IMG/VR virus record: IMGVR_UViG_3300009169_000019
Span: 8,360-72,359 of that record
Length of the DNA stretch: 64,000 bases
Strand: one strand, 5' to 3'
Source: a virus
Taxonomy: Duplodnaviria; Caudoviricetes
In this document: positions 10,079-19,694 of the stretch, one piece after another
How positions within the stretch are numbered: the first letter of the stretch is position 1
Layout of the letters: each line of letters starts with the position of its first letter
Made by a program: the position numbers and the translations under genes
The notes under the pieces: generated by a model
What the model was told of the DNA's origin: nothing
Databases searched by the model: none
The model's input: the letters and a program-made list of their open reading frames with translations, nothing else

Positions 10079-10904
10079 AACATTAACAACAAGAGATAAT
10101 GGGAGAAGTAGTGATGCTATTTCTCCCAATTTTATTTATGGCTGCAACGGGGGATGTCTTTCATCATATTGTTATGTTGCTAGATATAACAATGACAGAG
10201 TGTATATAAATGAGAATAGAGCAGATATATTTAATAGTATAGATAACTGGGTGAGTAAACAACCTAATGTTAAAACCCCTAATCAAATAGATGATAAGTA
10301 TTATACAATAGATATAGGATGTAGTACAGATGTTCCTTTAATGAGAAAACAATATGATTGGCAAAAAGTATTTGACTACTTTAATAATCATCCTAAACTT
10401 AAATCAACATTTGCCACTAAATATCCAACAAAATTTAAACCTGAAGAGTATAGTTTAAATCCAGATAAACATAGGATTAGAGTAAGTTTAATGCCTCAGA
10501 AATATTCTGATATACTAGAACCTAAAACTGATTTTATATCTGAACGCATACAATCTATTCCTAGATTACAAAAATATATGGAAGTGCATATAAATTATAG
10601 TCCTATTATTTATAAAGAAGGATGGTTAGATGAATACAAAAAACTATTTGAAGAAGTTAAAAGTGCTAGTATAGATGTTAAATGTGAATGTATCTTTTTG
10701 ACACACAATAAGTTTCAGCATGAAAGGAATTCAGAAGAAGTAAGAGAGCTTCTATGGAATCCTGATATACAAGAAACTAAAGACTCTCAATATGCTGCTG
10801 ACAACATTAGATATAGGTGGCAACTTAAAAACAAAATGATAGAACAATTTAAGGAACTATACAGTGAGTATTTTCCTATTAATAACATTAGATATATATT
10901 TTAA
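10053..10904 (+). CDS. spore photoproduct lyase-like radical SAM protein
   Basis: GCNGGCLSSYCYV Cys cluster; DIGCSTD, FATK, RIRVSLMP, VHINYSPII, IRY. Confidence 0.75.
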   Translation: MKIIHQKTKTLTTRDNGRSSDAISPNFIYGCNGGCLSSYCYVARYNNDRVYINENRADIFNSIDNWVSKQPNVKTPNQIDDKYYTIDIGCSTDVPLMRKQYDWQKVFDYFNNHPKLKSTFATKYPTKFKPEEYSLNPDKHRIRVSLMPQKYSDILEPKTDFISERIQSIPRLQKYMEVHINYSPIIYKEGWLDEYKKLFEEVKSASIDVKCECIFLTHNKFQHERNSEEVRELLWNPDIQETKDSQYAADNIRYRWQLKNKMIEQFKELYSEYFPINNIRYIF

Positions 10905-10905
10905 C

Positions 10906-11343
10906 ATGAAAAAGAAAAGCGCACTTTATTTAGATGACCAGCGAACCCCAACTGTTGATCCTCCTATAGGATATAATCCTTGGTATATAGTAAGAAACTA
11001 TGATGAGTTTAAAGAATGGATAAACAAACATGGTATGCCAGACTATGTATCTTTTGACCATGACTTGGCAGATGAACATATGCAAGACTATTATAAATAT
11101 CAGTTTAATGGTATTGCTGCTATAAACTATAACGACTTTAAAGAAAAAACCGGATTAGATTGTGCTAAATACATGATTGAGTATGCAATGAACAATAATA
11201 TTAATCTACCTAATCTAGTGGGGGTACACAGTCATAATCCACTAGGGGCTTTGAATATACAAAATCTTGTTAACAGCTATAAAAAACACTTAGACCAAGA
11301 TGAGAATGCGTATATTGCAAAGATTCCTTTTAAAATTAAATAA
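10906..11343 (+). CDS. stand-alone 'cyclic-phosphate processing' receiver-like domain protein
   Basis: LYLDDQR, VRNYDEF, VSFDHDL, KTGLDCAK, VHSHNP.G. Confidence 0.75.
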   Translation: MKKKSALYLDDQRTPTVDPPIGYNPWYIVRNYDEFKEWINKHGMPDYVSFDHDLADEHMQDYYKYQFNGIAAINYNDFKEKTGLDCAKYMIEYAMNNNINLPNLVGVHSHNPLGALNIQNLVNSYKKHLDQDENAYIAKIPFKIK

Positions 11344-11353
11344 AATAATAAAT

Positions 11354-11509
11354 ATGCATTATCAAATAACAATTACAATGTTTGACAAAAGAAAAACAAT
11401 CTTAGGTTTATCTTATATATATAATGTTGAAGAAAATGTCCATATAATAGAAACTGGTTTTATTTTTGGATATATTATAATTGCTTTAAATAAAAAAGAG
11501 AAGGAATAA
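11354..11509 (+). CDS. small hydrophobic hypothetical protein
   Basis: ATG at 11354 follows the previous stop; last gene before the convergent terminator. Confidence 0.45.
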   Translation: MHYQITITMFDKRKTILGLSYIYNVEENVHIIETGFIFGYIIIALNKKEKE

Positions 11510-11523
11510 CCTTCTCTTTTTTT
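11492..11523. terminator. bidirectional intrinsic terminator at the convergence of the two modules
   Basis: AAAAAAGAGAAGG-aataa-CCTTCTCTTTTTTT has A and T tails on either side. Confidence 0.85.
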
Positions 11524-11524
11524 A

Positions 11525-14500
11525 TTATCTATTTGTTGTATTAAATCTTATATCCCAATCTTTTCTAAAATCATCATCAAAAATTGCTCTTATTTGAATT
11601 CCTTCTTTAAATATAGGCATCATTTTTGATAAATATTTTGCAGGTTTTGCTTTTTCTAAAAGATCTTGATCATTTAAAACAAAACCGTATCCTTGACTAA
11701 CAACCGATTCAGTAAATTTAAAAAAATCATCAGCTAATCCAACTACAGGTAGTGGTTTGTTTACAAGATTTGACCAAGAAGGAGCACTATAAAAGAAAGA
11801 AAATTCATCAAAATATTTTCTAAATGCTCTTGCAGCATATGTTCTTAAACCGACATCTTGATCATCGTCATCATCATCACTCAATATTGTAAACATCAAT
11901 GCTCCAATACCTATAATCATTAAGAATTCTCTGTACATTGATTTTATATTACCAATATACATATCTATAAATTCACCTTCTGTTATATTAAATTCTTCAC
12001 CTTTTTCAATAGCTTCAGCTTTTAATAATAAATATTTTTGTTTAGCTGCTTCTATCATATTTGTTCCACTTGAATTAATTATTCCAGTTAATAATTGGGG
12101 TGCTCTTTTACTAAATAATTCTCCAATCCATAAATTAAATTTACCAATTGTATGCACTTCAAGATCCTGATCATATTTTAATTTTCCAAATCTTTCTTGA
12201 ACCATTTGTGGCATCCATGATCTAAATTGCATAGCCATAGAACCTAACATACCCATTCTAATATTATTAATATCATCTCTACTAGAGTTACCTAAAACAT
12301 TTTTGTTTACTTTCTTAATTTTTAATCTAAATCTACCCCATTGTTCACTTTGTAAATCTATTCCGGGTATTTCAATTTTGTCATTAACAATTTTAGCAGT
12401 ATTATAAATTGATTTTGTATCTTTTAAAGTTTTTACTTCATCTTCTATTTTTTTTCTAATAACATCTTGTTCTGCCTTAGGAAGTGAATAAAATGATTCA
12501 TTATATTTATATTTGGCTTTAACATATGTTTTTATATCTACAATCTTTCCATTTTCATCAACCATATGATTTTTCATTATAGCAATTGCAATAGGATATT
12601 GTACAGCTTTATCACTTGCTCTCATCATAAAGAATGCTTTATCTATGGTGTTAGCATTAATAATACTTGAAACAGAAAGTTTATTTATCATTGCTTCTTT
12701 TCTATCTTCTATTAATACATCTGCAACACCTAATAGTCCAAAAGCAATTTCATTTCTTTTGGTTATATCATAAATAGAAGAAGTCCAGTCAGCTGTGTTA
12801 AATATAATACCTTTACTTGCCTGGAAGAATGCATTACCTGTACCACCCACAAAGTTTGCTGTTCCTGATAAAGGATTTAATGCAAGTGTTTTAAGAGAAA
12901 AGAATCTTGTCATCCATCCAAGTACTTTATGTGCAGAATATTCTTTATCTCCAATCTTAAAAGCTTTATCTTCCATTTTACCGGATTGAATATTATAAAA
13001 ATAATAATTAATAAAGTCTGAAAGTAATTGTGAGTTTATTTCGTTTCCTGGTATTTCTTTTTTAATTCCGCTTTCAAGTACAGGTTTACCAAACGGATTG
13101 GTCTCAATGTGAGGTTTATTTTTTTCAACAAACAATAATAATCTTGCTTTATCTTCAATTTCAGACATTGACTGATAATTAGCTAATTGTGCAGACCAAA
13201 TACCAAACACTCTAAACAAATCCATACTCTTTTGAGAATAATCTAATGTACCATCTTCTCTTTCTATACCCATATCTCTAATAAAATGTGTAGGTATAGA
13301 ATGTTCAATAGCACCTGTGATCGGATTGATTTGAGGAGCAAATGGTGATTCTCCAGATTCAACTTCTAAACTTTCAAATATTCCTTTTTTAGAAAACATA
13401 TCACCACCAAAAACAAATTGTTCTAATTTATTTCTACTTATATTAGGAATAAATGCGGGAGAATAATCATCAATTAGTCCTGCTTTATTAGATCTTTTTA
13501 GTAAATCCTGAAAAAAGTTATAAGTTTTTAAAGCAATCGGACTTGCTTCTAGTTTTTTCCATTGTTCAGTTTGCCATTTTTCTTTTGGTTTTAAATATGA
13601 ATTTAATACTTTTTTACCATTGTAATTATCCATGTTTAAATAAGCATTCTTATTTTTATTTTTACCGCCAATATTTACATCATGTTTTTTCAACCAGTTA
13701 TTATATGCTTCTTCCTGAAGTTCTTTATTTCTTCTTTCATTTTTAGAATCATACACAATAGTTTCATAAAACTCTTTTTGTCTTATTTTATCTTTATTGA
13801 ATTTTTCTTCATTAAATTCTGTGTTGTCAATTAACCATATACTATCTTCTGATTGCACAGCATCTTGCATTTTTTTATAAAACTCACTTTGATATTTTTT
13901 TAAAAACTTACCGGTCCATTCGCCTTTAGCATTATAATCTAAAAGAGGTTTAAATAAATCTTTATCAGAATATCCTTTAGAACGAGCCCATTCAACATAT
14001 TCTTTTCTTAATGTAGAAAGTTCTTCATAATCTTTATTAAATAAGTTATCTCTTTTATTTTGAGCATCACCAAGAATTCTACTAAACACCCTAAATGCTT
14101 TTTGAGGAATAGTACTTAATGAACTAAACATACCCGTTAATTTAGATATTTCGGTTTCAGCATCTAACAAATTTACAATACCTGTTTTTTCTTGTGAAAA
14201 TTTAAATGCAATATTTTTAATTGCATTTTGCATATCACTAAGTACAATGTCAGCAGAGGTATTCATTTGGTTGTAGTCATTTATTATTTCATCTACAACT
14301 TCTTTAACATATTCTTCTTTTGTTTCTTTTTTAATTTTTTTAAGTTCATTCATGTAATTATTAAATACACGTGTAGTATTTGTAAATACTTGTAATATTT
14401 CTAATGATTCAAGAGCATCTTTTTCAGTGAGATTGTTACTTTCAATTAATTTTTTATATTTATTAATTTCATAATTACCAAGGTCAATAAACTTTCTAAT

Positions 14501-16813
14501 ATCACCTCTGAGTTGCAAATCTCTTACGGCGTTTTTATATTTAGCTAATTCTATTTGTTTACGCCTACGTTCATCTTCCGTTCTATATTTTTTATTTTCA
14601 AGAATATCCATTACACTGCTTAACTTCTTAATGTATTCAGATAGTTCTTTATCAGCAGATTTTTCATCTCTTAATGTAACGGGAAGTAAATAATTTTTAT
14701 TATCAGGAATTGATGAAAGATCAAAACTACCCATTTCAATTTTATTAATTCCTTCAATAGTTCGTTTCTCTTCTTTTCCTGTGTATGAATAAACTACTTT
14801 AATAGGAATAGCCCTTACAAGTCCAAAGTTTTTAATGTCATAATGTGTTTGAAGAATTTTTTTATACTCTTGTAACTGAATTCTATACATTGTTTCTTTG
14901 TATGATTTTAATTCAGTTTGTTCTTTTCCAATTTCTTGACTCTTCCAATCATATATGTTTGCTGTACCATCTGGTTCAATTACTAACAAGTCAATACTAC
15001 CAGCAACATCTTTTATAGGGTCATATATTTTAACCTCACGCATGAATTTAGTGCCGGGAGCATTGTAGTTTTCAATTAAATCTTGTATATATTTTTCAAA
15101 TAATTTATAAGGATCTGTGTCAAAATATTTACTACTAGAAGCAGCTGGCATTTCTCTTACAAAATGTGTTTCAGGATCAACATAAACGTCTATTATATCC
15201 TGCATCATTTCGTGAATTACATCACCATAATCAGCTTTGAGAAGATCTATTTTCTTTTGTATTTCGCTTCTGTTGTCATTTGGAAATTTACGTTTTAACC
15301 ACGCATCAACATACTTTGAAGTAACTGAAGATTTTATATCTTTACCATTAATGGTGTAGATGTGTCTTTTTTGTTTGGTTTTAGGATCAACGCTGTTGTC
15401 TAATTGAATATCTTTTTGATGTTGTTCAAGTTTTTCTATTCCTTCTAATTGATAATACTCACCTGTTTCTTGAATATTATCTTTAGATAAATTACTAATA
15501 TCTGCTTTTAAAATACTTTCTGCTGATTGAACAAACGGATCTGTAACAGACTTAGTAAATAATTTCTTAATAAAATTTAATAATTTATCCCACCAATTAT
15601 TAAATTCTTTTATTTTAGATTCTGACTCACCAACAGCAGAATGTTTAACAATGTGTTGTGCAATAAGTTTACCTATTGCTTCTTTTTTAAGTTTATTAAT
15701 ATTAAGACTACCGTCTTTATTTCGATATTGACTGTTATTTCTATATGTCTGAACTGTGTCTTGGTATATTTTATATCCCGTAATTTTAGACATCATTTCA
15801 ATAAAGAGAGGATTATTCTCACCCAACATTTCAACAAAAAAGTGAGCAGCTTCTTCCGGTAATGTTGTTATATCTGCTTTACCTTCTATCACTTCAACTA
15901 TCTTATTAAGCATATCTGCTTTAGCAACAGCAGATAATTTATTACCTTCTGCATTTCTTATTTCATCTACAGATTTAACAGATACACCAATCTTTTCTAA
16001 GAAGTTTTGTACTAATACATTTAATTCTTTATTGACTTTTTCTGTAGATTGTGTTTCTTTTTGAAGATATATTTCTTCTTTATTTTTTTCTGTTAATGTT
16101 ATTTCATTCCATGTATTACCATATTCATCTGTAATTTGTTTTACATTCTCTTTACCGTATTGTTTATTAAGAACATTTTTTACAGTATTTTCATAAAAGT
16201 TATAAATAGGTTTTAAAGCACCAAATCCTTCTGTTTCTACTCTTTCAAGTTCTTGTTCAATTTGTTCTTTTTCACGTTTAGCTTCTTCAATTCTTCTTTC
16301 TATATTTTCAGGGTCATTTATTTCTCCATCTAAAAACTTAATCCTATCTTCTTTCTGTTTTTTAAACTCTTCTAAAGTAGTATGGCCCTCAACTTTACTT
16401 GCTGTATTACCACTAGGAAATAATACTTTCTCATATCCTTTTTTAGCTGCATTTTGAATTATTGCTTTTATACCAAAAGTAATCCAGTTATCATTTTTAT
16501 GTAACAAAGCTAAAAATTGATTATCTCCACCAGCATCTATAAAATCTTCAAAAGCTTTATTATAAACATTAGATGAAACTTCTACTTCATCTATTAAGTA
16601 AACCTTTTTACCATTATTATCAGCAGGTATAATAATATTATGAGGAACTCCTCTAAACTTAAAATTATTTCTAAGTTTTTGAAAATAATCTGATTGATAC
16701 TCTTGAACTCTAAGAGTTCTTGGTTGATTTATAAAATTAGGTTTAACAAACTCTTCTATAAAAGCTTGTTTATCTTTATATTCAACACCATTAAATATAT
16801 ATTTACATGCCAT
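11525..16813 (-). CDS. giant virion/ejection polyvalent protein (1762 aa): N-terminal 'QSD' domain half, zincin-like domain, PD-(D/E)XK nuclease, C-terminal hydrophobic region
   Basis: RVQEYQSD...KGYEKVLFP; LPEEAAHFF; AGSIDLL...IYDWKS...IQLQEY; FLMIIGIGALMFTIL near the C-terminus; lies downstream of the vRNAP gene. Confidence 0.75.
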   Translation of the reverse strand: MACKYIFNGVEYKDKQAFIEEFVKPNFINQPRTLRVQEYQSDYFQKLRNNFKFRGVPHNIIIPADNNGKKVYLIDEVEVSSNVYNKAFEDFIDAGGDNQFLALLHKNDNWITFGIKAIIQNAAKKGYEKVLFPSGNTASKVEGHTTLEEFKKQKEDRIKFLDGEINDPENIERRIEEAKREKEQIEQELERVETEGFGALKPIYNFYENTVKNVLNKQYGKENVKQITDEYGNTWNEITLTEKNKEEIYLQKETQSTEKVNKELNVLVQNFLEKIGVSVKSVDEIRNAEGNKLSAVAKADMLNKIVEVIEGKADITTLPEEAAHFFVEMLGENNPLFIEMMSKITGYKIYQDTVQTYRNNSQYRNKDGSLNINKLKKEAIGKLIAQHIVKHSAVGESESKIKEFNNWWDKLLNFIKKLFTKSVTDPFVQSAESILKADISNLSKDNIQETGEYYQLEGIEKLEQHQKDIQLDNSVDPKTKQKRHIYTINGKDIKSSVTSKYVDAWLKRKFPNDNRSEIQKKIDLLKADYGDVIHEMMQDIIDVYVDPETHFVREMPAASSSKYFDTDPYKLFEKYIQDLIENYNAPGTKFMREVKIYDPIKDVAGSIDLLVIEPDGTANIYDWKSQEIGKEQTELKSYKETMYRIQLQEYKKILQTHYDIKNFGLVRAIPIKVVYSYTGKEEKRTIEGINKIEMGSFDLSSIPDNKNYLLPVTLRDEKSADKELSEYIKKLSSVMDILENKKYRTEDERRRKQIELAKYKNAVRDLQLRGDIRKFIDLGNYEINKYKKLIESNNLTEKDALESLEILQVFTNTTRVFNNYMNELKKIKKETKEEYVKEVVDEIINDYNQMNTSADIVLSDMQNAIKNIAFKFSQEKTGIVNLLDAETEISKLTGMFSSLSTIPQKAFRVFSRILGDAQNKRDNLFNKDYEELSTLRKEYVEWARSKGYSDKDLFKPLLDYNAKGEWTGKFLKKYQSEFYKKMQDAVQSEDSIWLIDNTEFNEEKFNKDKIRQKEFYETIVYDSKNERRNKELQEEAYNNWLKKHDVNIGGKNKNKNAYLNMDNYNGKKVLNSYLKPKEKWQTEQWKKLEASPIALKTYNFFQDLLKRSNKAGLIDDYSPAFIPNISRNKLEQFVFGGDMFSKKGIFESLEVESGESPFAPQINPITGAIEHSIPTHFIRDMGIEREDGTLDYSQKSMDLFRVFGIWSAQLANYQSMSEIEDKARLLLFVEKNKPHIETNPFGKPVLESGIKKEIPGNEINSQLLSDFINYYFYNIQSGKMEDKAFKIGDKEYSAHKVLGWMTRFFSLKTLALNPLSGTANFVGGTGNAFFQASKGIIFNTADWTSSIYDITKRNEIAFGLLGVADVLIEDRKEAMINKLSVSSIINANTIDKAFFMMRASDKAVQYPIAIAIMKNHMVDENGKIVDIKTYVKAKYKYNESFYSLPKAEQDVIRKKIEDEVKTLKDTKSIYNTAKIVNDKIEIPGIDLQSEQWGRFRLKIKKVNKNVLGNSSRDDINNIRMGMLGSMAMQFRSWMPQMVQERFGKLKYDQDLEVHTIGKFNLWIGELFSKRAPQLLTGIINSSGTNMIEAAKQKYLLLKAEAIEKGEEFNITEGEFIDMYIGNIKSMYREFLMIIGIGALMFTILSDDDDDDQDVGLRTYAARAFRKYFDEFSFFYSAPSWSNLVNKPLPVVGLADDFFKFTESVVSQGYGFVLNDQDLLEKAKPAKYLSKMMPIFKEGIQIRAIFDDDFRKDWDIRFNTTNR

Positions 16814-16814
16814 T

Positions 16815-17552
16815 TTATTCTTTTATTTTAATATGATTCCAATTTTGACCAGACTGAATAGCTTTAATTGTTCTAAGTTTTACGTTATACTTATCAGCTA
16901 TAATTTGCTGTTTTACTTTATCTTTCAAAAGATATTTAATTTCTTTTACTTGTTTTTCAGTAAGTTTTGAAAATCCATTATTACTGCCTTTAGAAATAAT
17001 ATCTGTAACAATATTATGTTTCTTTTTTAATTGTGTAATTACAGAGGGTGATAAATTGTGTTTTTCAGCAATTATATCTTGTCTAATCCCAGATTTTAAA
17101 TCTTCTAAAATTTGCAAATTTCTTTGTTCTTTTTGTTGTCTAATAAAAGCAGTTTGTTCTCTGGTAATTTTTAATTTATCTTTATGTTTTCTTCCTACAG
17201 AATCCCAATATTTACTGTTTGAGATTTTTCTTTTTTCTATTGTTTCTTCAGATTGTTTTATTCCTAAACAATTACCTGCTACACTGCAAATATTATATTC
17301 AGGTTTTAAACTATCTAAATAAAATTGTTCTCTTTCAAGTAATAAATTTTCATCACAATTTTCTAAAATAGAAAATTCAAAATTATCTGAACCATATTTA
17401 TGAAAAGCTCTTTGTAAAGCTAATGAATGATGTACATTACATTTTAAATCTGTTAAATGTCTTTTCCATCTTTTATTAAGTCTTATAGAACTTCCTATAT
17501 AAGATTTTCCATTTATCTTATTTTTTATTTGATATATTCCTGATGTTTGCAT
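16815..17552 (-). mobile_element. free-standing GIY-YIG homing endonuclease gene (start revised to MQTSGIY)
   Basis: SGIYQIKNKINGKSYIGSS...RW..H...LQRAF...EQFYLD...YNI, a NUMOD3-like segment and two HTH-like C-terminal repeats. Confidence 0.9.
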
Positions 17553-17557
17553 AACTA

Positions 17558-17589
17558 CAAATATACAACAAAATTCTGAATGTACCGAA
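17558..17589 (-). promoter_or_regulatory. Bacteroidota-type promoter of the GIY-YIG gene
   Basis: Minus strand TTCG-N20-TATATTTG, ending 5 nt before the ATG, which implies a near-leaderless mRNA. Confidence 0.6.
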
Positions 17590-17590
17590 T

Positions 17591-19693
17591 TTAAGAACAT
17601 TTTATTTGAAGAATTTTACTATTTTCCATGATTTTCAACAAGTTATCAATATCCTGTTCTTGGTATTGCGCTTTTTCATCTGTTCTACTCCACATCAATC
17701 CTTTATCGGTAGCAAACTGAGCATGTCCTTTTATAGAAGGTTTAATTAGTGGTGTAGATATTTCTTTTTCTGTATAGTTGGTACCTCCTGGAACTGTTAG
17801 GTTAGAGTAATATTGAGAAGGGTTTTGTTTAAAATTATTTAAAGCTTTTTCAAATTCTTCTTTCGAAATTAACACTTCTTGTTCTTGAATATTACTTTTA
17901 TAGTATTTTATACCATTTACACCCTTTACTATCTCATAATTAGTGTCATTAAAGTTAAAAGCTGAATAATTATCTTTAAAAGGGTCTGTAGTATAAGCTG
18001 TATTAATTTCAACAGTATAACTATAATTAGCAGCAAATGATGTTAACTTTTCTTCAATAGTATTACCTTCTGATTCTTTTAATAAATTAACTTGATCTTT
18101 AGGTATTTGAAAATCTTGTTGTATTTTATTCCAGAATGTATTATTATTACCTATTTGTTTCCAAAGTTTATTTATTTTATCTAAATTATTATATAAGTTT
18201 GATACAACTTTAAATTGATATTGTAAATTAGATTCTTCACCTATTGATTTATTTTTAGGAAGTTGAAAATATATAAATTCATTTTTTTCTATATCTCTTT
18301 TATTAAAGTTAGAAGTTCTATAATCTTCTTGATCTTTTTCACGTTGAAACATTCTTTCATTTACATCATTTGGTGAAAGTGTTAATTTACCAAAATATAT
18401 ATCTTGTACTGATGAAAAACCACCTACAGATTGTTCTTCTGATTCTGAATTGTATATAAAAAAATCAACAGGTATATTATATTGAGCAAGATTATTTATT
18501 TCTTTTTCAGATAAATTAGAACCATCTTCTTTAGTAAAAATAGTTTCTTTTGAAGAAATATGTTTAATATTTGCAACAACCTCACCATTAGAATTAACTA
18601 AAGTATATTCTGTTAACCAACCTTTATTATCTCTATTTAAATTTTTAAAAGTATAACCAGAAGCAGGTATTAAATAAGCATATGTTTTATATTTTTTTTC
18701 AGAACTACCCCAACCATCATGTATTGGTACAGCATTTATATCTTGCATATGAGAATTTATTTTCTCATATTCTGTAACGCTATCAACAGTAAAATCTAAA
18801 TCATGAATAGGTGCATTAGAAGGTCTATAAATAGTTTCACCTTGACCTGCAATAGCTAAACTACCTACAAGTTTATAATTAAAATCTTTACCTGTGTATC
18901 TACTAATTATATCTTTGGCTAAATTATTTCCTGAAACAGCTTGTTCATAATTTAATTTTTCAACTTTAGAATTAGGTGAACCAATAAAATTTTGATTTTC
19001 AGTTAATATATTAAATGCAATTTTATCAGCAGCATCTTTAAAATAACTTCCTTCTTTTAATACAAATGGTTTTGTAAATTTATTTAAAAATTCAGTTACT
19101 GCTTTAAGTATTTTTAATAATAAATTTCTTTCTTCTTTTGTTTTATTTGTCCATTGTTGTAATAAAGATTCTGTAATAAGTTTACCTAATGCTTCTACTT
19201 TAACTTGTTTTTCATTATTATAAACTGGCATATACTCATCATATACTGCCTGATATCCTGACCAATCTTTAATGTTATCCATTAAATCTCTTATTAATGG
19301 ATGTGTTTGACCCATTAACATTACAGTCATATGAACAGCTTCTTCTGGTATTGTATCTAATTTTTTTTCTACAGAATGATATATAATTTTATTAAGAACA
19401 TCTGTAGCACCTAATGCATCAACTCCCCATCTTTCTTTAAAGTTTTTTATTTCATTAGATTGAACACCATATCTAGAAAGAAAATTTAAAAGTTTTGCAT
19501 CTAATTTTTTATCAGCTTCTTTTATTTCTTGAGATGTAAGTTGATATTGTACGTCTACTTCAATTGAAACTTCATATTCATTTTTTGGAACAACTCCTTC
19601 ATACTTATCCCATAAGTAATAAGCCATATCTTCACCTCTAGAAGATACTAATGATTTCCAAGAATCTAAATTTTTATTAGGACATGTTGCCAT
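17591..19693 (-). CDS. virion polyvalent protein (700 aa): zincin-like domain, nucleotidyltransferase-like domain, first half of the 'QSD' domain
   Basis: IPEEAVHM; LVGSLAI...IHDLDF...VDFF...REKDQED; YSNLTVPGGTNYTE...GHAQF...WSRTDE. Confidence 0.7.
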   Translation of the reverse strand: MATCPNKNLDSWKSLVSSRGEDMAYYLWDKYEGVVPKNEYEVSIEVDVQYQLTSQEIKEADKKLDAKLLNFLSRYGVQSNEIKNFKERWGVDALGATDVLNKIIYHSVEKKLDTIPEEAVHMTVMLMGQTHPLIRDLMDNIKDWSGYQAVYDEYMPVYNNEKQVKVEALGKLITESLLQQWTNKTKEERNLLLKILKAVTEFLNKFTKPFVLKEGSYFKDAADKIAFNILTENQNFIGSPNSKVEKLNYEQAVSGNNLAKDIISRYTGKDFNYKLVGSLAIAGQGETIYRPSNAPIHDLDFTVDSVTEYEKINSHMQDINAVPIHDGWGSSEKKYKTYAYLIPASGYTFKNLNRDNKGWLTEYTLVNSNGEVVANIKHISSKETIFTKEDGSNLSEKEINNLAQYNIPVDFFIYNSESEEQSVGGFSSVQDIYFGKLTLSPNDVNERMFQREKDQEDYRTSNFNKRDIEKNEFIYFQLPKNKSIGEESNLQYQFKVVSNLYNNLDKINKLWKQIGNNNTFWNKIQQDFQIPKDQVNLLKESEGNTIEEKLTSFAANYSYTVEINTAYTTDPFKDNYSAFNFNDTNYEIVKGVNGIKYYKSNIQEQEVLISKEEFEKALNNFKQNPSQYYSNLTVPGGTNYTEKEISTPLIKPSIKGHAQFATDKGLMWSRTDEKAQYQEQDIDNLLKIMENSKILQIKCS

Positions 19694-19694
19694 A

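Noticed and set aside
16814-17590. Group I intron housing the GIY-YIG gene
   Set aside because: Only 38 nt and 1 nt of non-coding flank; no room for a ribozyme core, and both neighbours have their own stop and start.
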